From positions 9,429 to 73,428 of IMG/VR virus record IMGVR_UViG_3300032249_001455: DNA of 64,000 nucleotides, one strand, 5' to 3'. How positions within the stretch are numbered: the stretch's first letter is position 1; the number at the start of each line of letters is the position of its first letter. Under the pieces are notes generated by a model, which saw only the letters and a list, made by a program, of their open reading frames with translations, did no database searches and had not been told where the DNA came from. Position numbers and translations under genes: made by a program. This DNA is from a virus. Below, one piece after another: positions 56,639 to 64,000 of the stretch.

Positions 56639-57980
56639 ATGAGCGAAGTTTTGAAAAACCTGGTTGACGACTTCCGGCGGAACCATAACAAAGAGGATGC
56701 GGACGCCCTGATCCTCGTTGACGAGCTCATGCGAGCCTTTGCCTTCACATCGGACTCCCTGAGCAAAGAGGCGGCCGAATTGTCAAAGTCTCTGCGCAAA
56801 CTTGTCGCCGAATGGATCACCGGAGACTAGCATGATTGACACCGAATCCAACGGATGGAACAGGATCGCGATGACGGTCGCATGGGTGATGGTTTCGCTC
56901 TTTCTTGCCGAGGCAAGCTGCAACACGAACGAGAGGCTGAAGAGGGTGAAGAAGGATGTGGAGAAGCTCAAGGAGAAAAAATGAAAAGAAGAGATCTTTT
57001 TTCAATCTTTTTTGCCGCGATTTTCTTCCGACGCAATTTGGGCGACAAGTCGGTGGTTCTCATCTGTCCAGAAGAAATGCAAAAGCTTGAAATTCAGTAT
57101 GGGATCAAGGTGCCGGTCTGTGAGAAAAGGGGCTCCCTGTCCCAATCGGTAGACGATTTCATCAGGGCGAGTAGGCAATATCCTCATTATCACGAGTACA
57201 ATACGGTTTACGGATGTGAGACCTACGAAGGACGCCACCAGATTTTGGCAGTCTGAAATATGATCTATCTCGCTCTCGCCATCGTGCTGTTCTTTGCCGT
57301 CCCCGTGGGATTGGAATGCCTGTTCGCCTATCTCATGGACGACGCGGAGAAGAACCGACACCTTCAAGAATCCATCAAAATCACAGAGGACAAATCGCTC
57401 GGGCAAATCAAAGTTGATTCAAACCCAAGACTAATGCCGAAGGGTGCGCCGCCCGCACTTAAAAAGGAACGAAAATGACTGAAAAACAAGTCCCCCTGCA
57501 CGAGCTTCTGGCGTCCGTTCCGGAAGACCACCGTCTGGTGATTCAAGGAGAAGGAAACTTCCCTTCTAGCACCATTGTCCCTGTCGGCCGGATGTGCCAC
57601 GAGGCATCTAAGGAGTTAGAGAAACAATTTGAACTCCGCTTCGCCGTCAGGCGACTCTTGGATGATGTGAACGCCCGCTACCCGGACAAGAATCCCCATG
57701 AGTGGAATTGTCCACACATGCAGGCTTTGGACGATATGACAACATGAGAGTTTATATCGTCATCGGAACGACGGAGGGCGTGTACCAGGACGAAATCGGA
57801 GGCGCTTGGACAGCCCACCCCAACAAGGAAATCGTGAGCGTCTTCGCCAAGCAGGAAGACGCGGAGAACTTCGTCAAGAACAGGAAGCTGAAGAAGCCCG
57901 AAAGAAGGATCTTCGGCGACACCTCCCACTACAAGGGCGGATACTACGAAATGGAGATTGAGGACCATGAAGTCAAGTAA
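56639..57980 (+). CDS. Run of six small unrelated hypothetical genes (56639-56830, 56832-56984, 56981-57256, 57260-57478, 57475-57747, 57744-57980)
   Basis: Contiguous overlapping ORFs after TATAAT at 56627. Confidence 0.55.
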
Positions 57981-58290
57981 AAAGATAATTTTCAATGCCG
58001 AGTGCGACAGCTGCGGCGGAACCGGACTCTATAGGGGTTTCATGGAAGGCCCCGGCCATGCGGTTGTTTGCACCAACTGCGCCGGGACAGGCTGCGCAAC
58101 CGTAAGGCTCAAGCCCTTCGAGGGCAGGAAAAGAAAGAACGGCATCAAAAAGGTTCGTTTCGGATCGGGACTCATTTTGGACGCCACCGGCGAGTCGGTG
58201 TGGTTCTCATACAAGGACTTTCTTGAGAAAGTCCCCACCACCCCGAAGTGCAAAAAGAAAATTGCAAAGCGAAAGAAGGCGAAAAAATGA
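57967..58290 (+). CDS. DnaJ-type Cys-rich zinc-finger protein
   Basis: CDSCGGTG and CTNCAGTG. Confidence 0.65.
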   Translation: MKSSKKIIFNAECDSCGGTGLYRGFMEGPGHAVVCTNCAGTGCATVRLKPFEGRKRKNGIKKVRFGSGLILDATGESVWFSYKDFLEKVPTTPKCKKKIAKRKKAKK

Positions 58291-58739
58291 AGAAGAAAAT
58301 CGCGGACGAATGGGTCAAGGCTCTGCGTTCCGGCAAGTACAGGCAAGGAAAGAAGGCTCTCAAGTTCAAGAGCAAGCGGGGTGTGACAAGGCACTGCTGC
58401 CTCGGGGTCCTCTGCGAACTGTACCAGAAGGAACACAAGAGAAAGCTTAAGGTTGAGCCGCGATCCCCCGATCCAGACGATGACCTCCCCAAGTACAGCA
58501 AGGCGTACAAGTTCGAGGACTCTTGGGAGACATTGCCAGAGAAGGTCATGATGTGGGCCGGAATGGACTCGGACGAAGGGTTCTTGCCTTCTGACCACTA
58601 CGACTACGGTTACGAAGGCTCGCAAACCCTAGCGGAACTCAACGACAACGGATGCCCCTTTCGAGAAATCGCGGATACCATAGCCAAGGACTGGGAGGAA
58701 ATATCAACTACCCAGCCCCTAAAGGGACTGGGTTTGTGA
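58287..58739 (+). CDS. Conserved hypothetical phage protein; last 11 aa from IS end
   Basis: WVKALRSGKYRQG, CCLGVLCE, LND.G..F.EIAD; tail STTQPLKGLGL. Confidence 0.75.
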   Translation: MKKKIADEWVKALRSGKYRQGKKALKFKSKRGVTRHCCLGVLCELYQKEHKRKLKVEPRSPDPDDDLPKYSKAYKFEDSWETLPEKVMMWAGMDSDEGFLPSDHYDYGYEGSQTLAELNDNGCPFREIADTIAKDWEEISTTQPLKGLGL

Positions 58740-59837
58740 TTTAACCTTGCGGTTATCCACAATAGGCTTGTTGATAGAAGCCCTTGAAATATTAATTGCA
58801 GCATTGAGATCAGCATTATTTTCATAATCGCAAGACAAGCATTTAAAATCACTTTGATTCAAGCGATTATCTTCATGGCAATGACCACATTTGCTGCACG
58901 TTTGACTTGTATAAGCGGGATTAATGTAGACAACAGGAACGCCCAACAACTTGGCTTTGTAATCAATAAATTGTCGTAATTGAAAGAAAGCCCACTTACC
59001 CAGTCTTGCATTATTGTCTTTCCACTTCTTGGTGTAACCTTTGCTCTTAACCTTTTTCTTAAAGTTCAAATCTTCTAATTTGATTCCAACCTTAAGTGCA
59101 TTTGCTTTCTCTACCAATTTCTTGCTTATATAATGATTGACATCTTTCTTGTAATTCGCTTCCCTTTTACTTATTTTCTTGAGTTTGTATTTTGCCGATA
59201 CTGACTTTTTGCTTTGCAGGTCAGTCTTTAGTTTTGTGATCTTCTTTCTGTATTCTTCAACTTGTTTTCCGCTGAAAACTTCGCCATCGCTTGTGGTTGC
59301 CAAATTAACAACACCCAAATCAACGCCAATAAATTTTTCAGTGTCATATGGAGCAAGTTCAGTTTTATCATAAAAGAAACTTACATAGAACCTGTTTGTT
59401 GGTTTGTCAAAGTTTAATTCGCTTTGACAACAAAGATCATAATCTTTGAGTGGTTTATGGTATTTGTATTTAATACTTATCCTTTTGCCAAGAGTTGCCA
59501 AGGATATTACATTGTCTTTTTTGATTGAAAGGTTTCTTGTGTCGTAATCGATACTGCCCATTTCTTTAAAGTTAACAATACCAATTCTTTGTTTCTTGTT
59601 TTTATAAACATCAACCACTTTGCCAATCGCTCTTATTGCCAATTGGCTTGAGAGGTTGTATTTCTGCTTGATTTCGTAATAAACAAGTTTGTGCAGATTG
59701 ACTTGACCAAAGGTTTTGTTTTCAAATGCGACCCTTGAAACATAGTTGGCGGCACGGTTGAAAGCAATCATTGTTTGAGTTAATTGCTCTTTTTCCTTTT
59801 GGTTGACCACCAATTTGACTTTTGTCGCAAGTTTCAT
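58719..59837 (-). CDS. tnpB: RNA-guided endonuclease TnpB
   Basis: RuvC GVDLG, KLEDL, YTSQTCSKCG..CLSC, NADLNAAINI; start taken at MKLATK. Confidence 0.93.
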   Translation of the reverse strand: MKLATKVKLVVNQKEKEQLTQTMIAFNRAANYVSRVAFENKTFGQVNLHKLVYYEIKQKYNLSSQLAIRAIGKVVDVYKNKKQRIGIVNFKEMGSIDYDTRNLSIKKDNVISLATLGKRISIKYKYHKPLKDYDLCCQSELNFDKPTNRFYVSFFYDKTELAPYDTEKFIGVDLGVVNLATTSDGEVFSGKQVEEYRKKITKLKTDLQSKKSVSAKYKLKKISKREANYKKDVNHYISKKLVEKANALKVGIKLEDLNFKKKVKSKGYTKKWKDNNARLGKWAFFQLRQFIDYKAKLLGVPVVYINPAYTSQTCSKCGHCHEDNRLNQSDFKCLSCDYENNADLNAAINISRASINKPIVDNRKVKSQTQSL

Positions 59838-59887
59838 ATTTTCACATACCTTCAATAGGTATGTATGCACCTATTTTAAAATTTTCC

Positions 59888-59915
59888 TTGACTATTTAGG
59901 AAATTTTCTTATACT
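59888..59915 (+). promoter_or_regulatory. Outward-facing sigma70-type promoter inside IS left end
   Basis: TTGACT-16 nt-TATACT pointing to gene at 59970. Confidence 0.5.
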
Positions 59916-59969
59916 AAACGGCAATTCCTCCCACCCGCTAAAGCAGGTGGGTTTCCTTGCCGGTGACAC

Positions 59970-60272
59970 ATGAACCATCAAAGGCTTCTTGAAATCTTCA
60001 TGGCCAAACTGGACCAGGTCTGTCCGCTGAACAAAACCACTGGGCAACAAATAGTAAGCGGACAGAAAGCCCGTAACGACGCCTGGTGGTCGCTCATGGA
60101 CAACCATGGATGCAAAATGATACCGTCTGGGCAAATAGCGGACTTGGTCAACAACGGCCCAGGCGACTACGTGTGTATGAAGTCTTTCAATGTGTCCGTG
60201 GTGAATGCCCACTGGGTACTCGTTCCCAAGAAACTGGCGGAGAAGGCTCTCGTCCTAGGATATGTCCCATGA
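59970..60272 (+). CDS. LGxP-family paralogue 22
   Basis: WWSLMDNHGC; VPKKLAEKALVLGYVP*. Confidence 0.8.
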   Translation: MNHQRLLEIFMAKLDQVCPLNKTTGQQIVSGQKARNDAWWSLMDNHGCKMIPSGQIADLVNNGPGDYVCMKSFNVSVVNAHWVLVPKKLAEKALVLGYVP

Positions 60273-60544
60273 GCATAATGGACACGGCGGAGGGATGGAA
60301 GAAACTCTACTGTATCATCCAATCCGACTTCGCCCTGCACCGCATGTACCAAAGGACAGACGAGGAGTGGAACAGAAAGTTGAAATCCCTCGGCGGCATA
60401 TTCTCCGAAGAAAAGCCTTGGCGCGGGATCAGGAAACAAATAAACCCCAACGACACGATCACCATGTCAAATCCCGCCGGCGGATGGATTCAAATTGAAG
60501 TTGAGACCGCAGAGAAAATAGTGGTGTTTGGGTCAATTCCGTGA
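60269..60544 (+). CDS. LGxP-family paralogue 23
   Basis: KLYCII; WNRKLKSLGG; ETAEKIVVFGSIP*. Confidence 0.8.
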   Translation: MSIMDTAEGWKKLYCIIQSDFALHRMYQRTDEEWNRKLKSLGGIFSEEKPWRGIRKQINPNDTITMSNPAGGWIQIEVETAEKIVVFGSIP

Positions 60545-60614
60545 ACAAAATATCTTCCGCTGGCCTTGTATTGAAATATTATCAGATTATAATTTTTGCG
60601 GAGGACTTGCAAAA

Positions 60615-60905
60615 ATGGATTCAAATTATAACCCCCAAACGAAAAAAGACGTTCTCGCCGAGATAGAGAAGACGAGACGGGACTTTCCCGAGAGCCCCTC
60701 TGGATACGAGGTCGTATGCGACGCAGTTCTTGAGATGGCCTACGAGGAGATATTTGAGCTCAGGACAGTCGTCAAGAGCAGGAATTTCTCTGATTTTGAA
60801 CTGAAACTTCTGGCCGAGATTGCGGATGCGGCCTACGAAGCGGATGTGGCCGGCTGGGACACATTGCGTTCGCTGTTTGTAGGTTTCGGAGTCAAGCTGA
60901 AATGA
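60615..60905 (+). CDS. Hypothetical protein
   Basis: TATAAT at 60588 and GGAGG SD upstream. Confidence 0.65.
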   Translation: MDSNYNPQTKKDVLAEIEKTRRDFPESPSGYEVVCDAVLEMAYEEIFELRTVVKSRNFSDFELKLLAEIADAAYEADVAGWDTLRSLFVGFGVKLK

Positions 60906-61270
60906 CCGACTGGAAGGAATCTGCCGACAAACTCCGTGCCATATTTGAGGACAAGGCGCGCAGGATTAGACTTGATATACCCGCCGATGAGATTGCGGAG
61001 GAGGCTGGGAAGGCCTTCCTTGCGGGAACCCCCGGCGACGACGGATCATGGCTGATGGAAGGATCGGGACTGGAGGCTCTGATACGCCGGATCAACAGCG
61101 GCCACAAGGATGGAATAGTCCGAATCGCCAACGAGATAGGAGCCGTAGTAATAGAAGAGCGAGGCGAAGGCGAGGACGAAGAAAATATTTTTGTGCGAAC
61201 CAACGGCCTATTGATTAAAATCCACAAGGAAACCGCACTCAAGATACTGATGCTGGGAGAAATTCCATGA
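60902..61270 (+). CDS. LGxP-family paralogue 24
   Basis: KLRAIF; ETALKILMLGEIP*. Confidence 0.75.
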   Translation: MTDWKESADKLRAIFEDKARRIRLDIPADEIAEEAGKAFLAGTPGDDGSWLMEGSGLEALIRRINSGHKDGIVRIANEIGAVVIEERGEGEDEENIFVRTNGLLIKIHKETALKILMLGEIP

Positions 61271-61914
61271 AGGACTTATTCCACAGGGCGGTCAAGCTGA
61301 CGGACAAGGAGGACAACGTCTTCTTCTGGTCCGACATGCACCTCGGCCAGGAGTGCAAAAGTTGGGACGAACCCCTCTATGTCAAGCGGGGATTCAAGTC
61401 CATCGAGGAGCATGATTCCGCCCTCGTGAAGAGGTGGAATGAAAAGATATCCCATGAGGGGGTCGTGTTCAACCTCGGTGACATGCTGTTCGGCTACGAC
61501 GGCGAACGCAGGCTCGTCAGCTACTTCGAGATGCTAAACTTCAGGACTATGTACCTCCTCTTCGGAAACCACACCGCCGGGACAAAGCAGATCTTCGATA
61601 AAATTGAGGGCAACGTCTACGAGGTGAATTCGGAGAAGCGGGTCGTGTTCTGCCCCAACTACATGGAGGCTCACATAAACGGCCACATGTGCGTTTTGAG
61701 TCACTACGCCATCGCTTCGTTCAACGGCCAGGGCAAGGGAGCCTACATGATCCACGGCCACTCCCACGGCAACCTGTACGGCTCCGACATGGGAAATGTC
61801 CTGTATAAGGCAAGGGTTGTTGATGTCGGAGTTGAAAAATTCCCCAGCCCGCCCTCGTTCGGGGATATCAGAAAACTCTTCAGGGAGGATCCGGTCAGCT
61901 TCGACCACCACTGA
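61267..61914 (+). CDS. Calcineurin-like metallophosphoesterase
   Basis: SDMH, LGD, GNH, SHY, HGHSH, DVGVE. Confidence 0.88.
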   Translation: MKDLFHRAVKLTDKEDNVFFWSDMHLGQECKSWDEPLYVKRGFKSIEEHDSALVKRWNEKISHEGVVFNLGDMLFGYDGERRLVSYFEMLNFRTMYLLFGNHTAGTKQIFDKIEGNVYEVNSEKRVVFCPNYMEAHINGHMCVLSHYAIASFNGQGKGAYMIHGHSHGNLYGSDMGNVLYKARVVDVGVEKFPSPPSFGDIRKLFREDPVSFDHH

Positions 61915-61915
61915 A

Positions 61916-62281
61916 ATGGAAGAAAAAGAAAAAAGGCTGAAGGCTCTTGAGGAACTCTCCCGACTTGACCAGGAATTGGACTTGGCTTGGCCCGAGAGCC
62001 GAGAGATAGAAGGGCTTAGGCTCGTTTGTACAAGTCCGGCCTGTCCTGAACAATACGATGTGCTTGATGCCCAAGGCATACAGATCGGATATCTGCGTCT
62101 TCGTCACGGACGGTTCAGGGCGGACTACCCCGATTGCGGAGGGGATACGGTCTATGTGTCCAACACAAAGGGCGACGGCGCATTTGAGGAGAGCGAGAGG
62201 CTTCCCGAACTCACGAACGCGGTGAGGAAGCTGAAGGAAAGGCAGGAGAAGGACGCATGCACTGGCCCCGCAACAGACTGA
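61916..62281 (+). CDS. Conserved hypothetical phage protein
   Basis: ACPEQYDV, GYLRLRHG, GDG.F..ER. Confidence 0.65.
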   Translation: MEEKEKRLKALEELSRLDQELDLAWPESREIEGLRLVCTSPACPEQYDVLDAQGIQIGYLRLRHGRFRADYPDCGGDTVYVSNTKGDGAFEESERLPELTNAVRKLKERQEKDACTGPATD

Positions 62282-62622
62282 AGAAGGTTCCGCTTCCCCA
62301 CAGCAGGATGCTGACGGGCGGAGTGGAGGACAAGCTTGACTCCATAATCTTCTCCGCGTTTATGCGATTGTTCGGCCCCAACGAGAATTGGCCGATCAAC
62401 ACCCGTCAGAGGAAGGAGTGGGGGCAGTTCCTGTCCGACAGGGGCATAGTCTGGGAGGTGCGGCTCAGGAACAAGCCCAATTGGGAGGGATGGGAGGTTG
62501 TGGAGGGAAAGGTAGGCGTGGTGGTGCGTCCCCGAGGCCTAGAAGACCACATGAAAATAAACCACTACTTCGTCCCCAAAGACCTCGCCATGAGGATGCT
62601 CGCCTTGGGGGAGCTTCTCTGA
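62257..62622 (+). CDS. LGxP-family paralogue 25
   Basis: KLDSII; WGQFLSDRG; VPKDLAMRMLALGELL*; start uncertain. Confidence 0.75.
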   Translation: MHWPRNRLKKVPLPHSRMLTGGVEDKLDSIIFSAFMRLFGPNENWPINTRQRKEWGQFLSDRGIVWEVRLRNKPNWEGWEVVEGKVGVVVRPRGLEDHMKINHYFVPKDLAMRMLALGELL

Positions 62623-62972
62623 TGGAAAAGGAACTCATCGAAAAACTTTCCCGCATGTTCAGGGACGAATACGAAAAGATAGACCTGGCCTTCTACGAGG
62701 CCGAGGCCTGGAAGAAATACCTGCGAGGATACGACGAGATACATTTTTTGAGCGGAATTTCCGACATGCTCGAGTTCATCAACCACGGCGAAATCCTCGG
62801 CAAAAATCCTGTCGCGGTGAAGAACCCGGCCGCGGTCATGGGGATTCTCGTCCTTCCAAGGGAATTCGCAGAGAAGATCCTCGCCCTCGGATTACCCCGC
62901 GATGTTTCGTCCACGGTGGAGGAATTCAAAGACAGGCCCGTTCCGAGGCTCGGTAGGAAGTCCAAGAAATGA
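62622..62972 (+). CDS. LGxP-family paralogue 26
   Basis: KLSRMF; WKKYLRG; LPREFAEKILALGLP. Confidence 0.8.
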   Translation: MEKELIEKLSRMFRDEYEKIDLAFYEAEAWKKYLRGYDEIHFLSGISDMLEFINHGEILGKNPVAVKNPAAVMGILVLPREFAEKILALGLPRDVSSTVEEFKDRPVPRLGRKSKK

Positions 62973-63298
62973 CCTGGACATCCGAAGCTGTGGAAAAATT
63001 GAACGAACTTGTCACGGCAAAGTTCGGCGAAATCAGGGGTGCGATCCGACTCCTGCCGGGCGACTTCAGGGAGCATGCCATGGGGATAGATAAGGCTTTG
63101 CATAATTACTGCATGGGCGTCGGGCTGAAGATGAACATAATTCACCACACGGAGACCAGGGAAGACCTACCCGCTCCCGGAGAAGCCATATTCCTTTCCG
63201 ACGGAACGGTGAGAATGAGAAACCTCTGGGGAGACAAATATTTGGACATTCCAGAAGATTTTGCCGTCAGGGCCCTCGCCCTCGGTTTTTTGCCTTGA
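62969..63298 (+). CDS. LGxP-family paralogue 27
   Basis: KLNELV; IPEDFAVRALALGFLP*. Confidence 0.8.
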   Translation: MTWTSEAVEKLNELVTAKFGEIRGAIRLLPGDFREHAMGIDKALHNYCMGVGLKMNIIHHTETREDLPAPGEAIFLSDGTVRMRNLWGDKYLDIPEDFAVRALALGFLP

Positions 63299-63313
63299 AT
63301 TTTGAATTTCTAA

Positions 63314-63321
63314 ACTAAATA
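63314..63321 (+). promoter_or_regulatory. T4-late-like promoter
   Basis: ACTAAATA 5 nt before ATG (T4 late consensus TATAAATA). Confidence 0.5.
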
Positions 63322-63326
63322 GTTCC

Positions 63327-64000
63327 ATGGGTATCAAGATAAGCCAGTTGCCGTCCGGCTCGCCGGACAGGGCGGGAGTGGTGCCGGCCTCGATAGGCTC
63401 CACGACCTATAAAGTCTCCATCGGAGACATAGTGGACCTGGCGAACAGACAGGTGGATTTGGGAAACTCGGGAACGAGCAGGACACTCTCGCTGTCCGAA
63501 GGGAACGTGCAGACCGTCACTCTGAACGCTGACTGCACATTCACCATGCCCGCTCCAGCAAGGGCTGGGAATCTTTCCCTGGTGCTGATTCAGCCCGGAT
63601 CCTTCTCCGCCAGTTTCTTGGGAGTGAAATGGCAGGACGGACTCGCTCCTTCCATCACCGAACAGAACTCCACAAGCATATTTTCCTTTTTAAGCGACGG
63701 AACAAACTGGTACGGGTCGTATGTACAGAACTTCAAGATTCCTACTCCTACATCCACTACCACCAACACTCCCACCGCCACAAGCACACCGACTAATACG
63801 CCGACAGCCACATCCACACCGACTAATACGCCGACCAATACACCGACAGCCACAGCCACACCGACTAATACGCCGACCAATACACCGACCAATACACCGA
63901 CAGCCACATCCACACCAACCAATACACCGACAGCCACATCCACACCGACTAATACGCCGACCAATACACCGACAGCCACAAGAACACCGACCAATACACC
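63327..64000 (+). CDS. Putative virion fibre protein with Thr/Pro mucin-like repeat (runs off window)
   Basis: Read by hand: MGIKISQLP..., [22 protein letters not shown], then TPTN/TPTA repeats. Confidence 0.75.
   Translation, partial: MGIKISQLPSGSPDRAGVVPASIGSTTYKVSIGDIVDLANRQVDLGNSGTSRTLSLSEGNVQTVTLNADCTFTMPAPARAGNLSLVLIQPGSFSASFLGVKWQDGLAPSITEQNSTSIFSFLSDGTNWYGSYVQNFKIPTPTSTTTNTPTATSTPTNTPTATSTPTNTPTNTPTATATPTNTPTNTPTNTPTATSTPTNTPTATSTPTNTPTNTPTATRTPTNT
63741..64000 (+). repeat. Coding 12/18-bp mosaic repeat ([10 protein letters not shown])
   Basis: ACACCGACCAAT and ACACCGACAGCCACATCC units. Confidence 0.85.

Larger units (their letters stand above)
58703..59969 (-). mobile_element. IS1341-type (IS200/IS605 family, tnpB only) element
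   Basis: AT-rich; terminal hairpins with TTTA loops; TTCAT 5' of left end; right end ...GGGTAGTTGAT. Confidence 0.88.

Noticed and set aside
58719-59837. Cas12f/CRISPR effector or nuclease-dead TldR
   Set aside because: Flanked by IS ends with no array, and the RuvC D/E/D residues are present.
47482-63298. Integron cassette array or toxin-immunity array
   Set aside because: Genes overlap directly with no attC-like intergenic repeats, no integrase and no toxin domain seen.
1-64000. Stop-codon reassignment
   Set aside because: Conserved genes are full length in code 11, and TAA, TAG and TGA all terminate genes.
1-64000. tRNA/rRNA genes
   Set aside because: No cloverleaf or rRNA-like sequence noticed in the short intergenic gaps; tRNAscan/Aragorn not run.

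Overview
This window looks like part of a large T4-like/jumbo dsDNA phage genome: it is gene-dense with many ATGA/GTGA overlaps and translates cleanly in code 11. I saw no rRNA, tRNA or CRISPR array by eye. Left to right: a glycosyltransferase/methyltransferase cluster (0.1-5 kb); an HNH gene and guaC; a replication/recombination module (DnaB-like helicase, UvsY-like protein, HhH glycosylase, gp32-like SSB, RecA/UvsX, Ski2/Hel308-like helicase with a LAGLIDADG intein, dNMP kinase); a Ser/Cys-rich repeat protein; an HD protein and two more glycosyltransferases; three large tail-fibre-like genes (LamG repeats, two with arylsulfotransferase domains); then thyX, clpP, an RNA ligase and an orphan C5 DNA methyltransferase. 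An accessory region at 47-63 kb holds the most striking feature: about 27 short, highly diverged paralogues sharing a K[LI]YxLL / WxxYLxxxG / [IV]PxExAxKxLxLGx[FL]P scaffold. In six members the C-terminal codons also spell a GGAGG Shine-Dalgarno site and an overlapping start codon. Four IS200/IS605-family insertions (one TnpB element, three 127-164 bp mini-elements) can be removed in silico to restore the pre-insertion gene or gene junction. All calls come from motif recognition only; no database searches were run.
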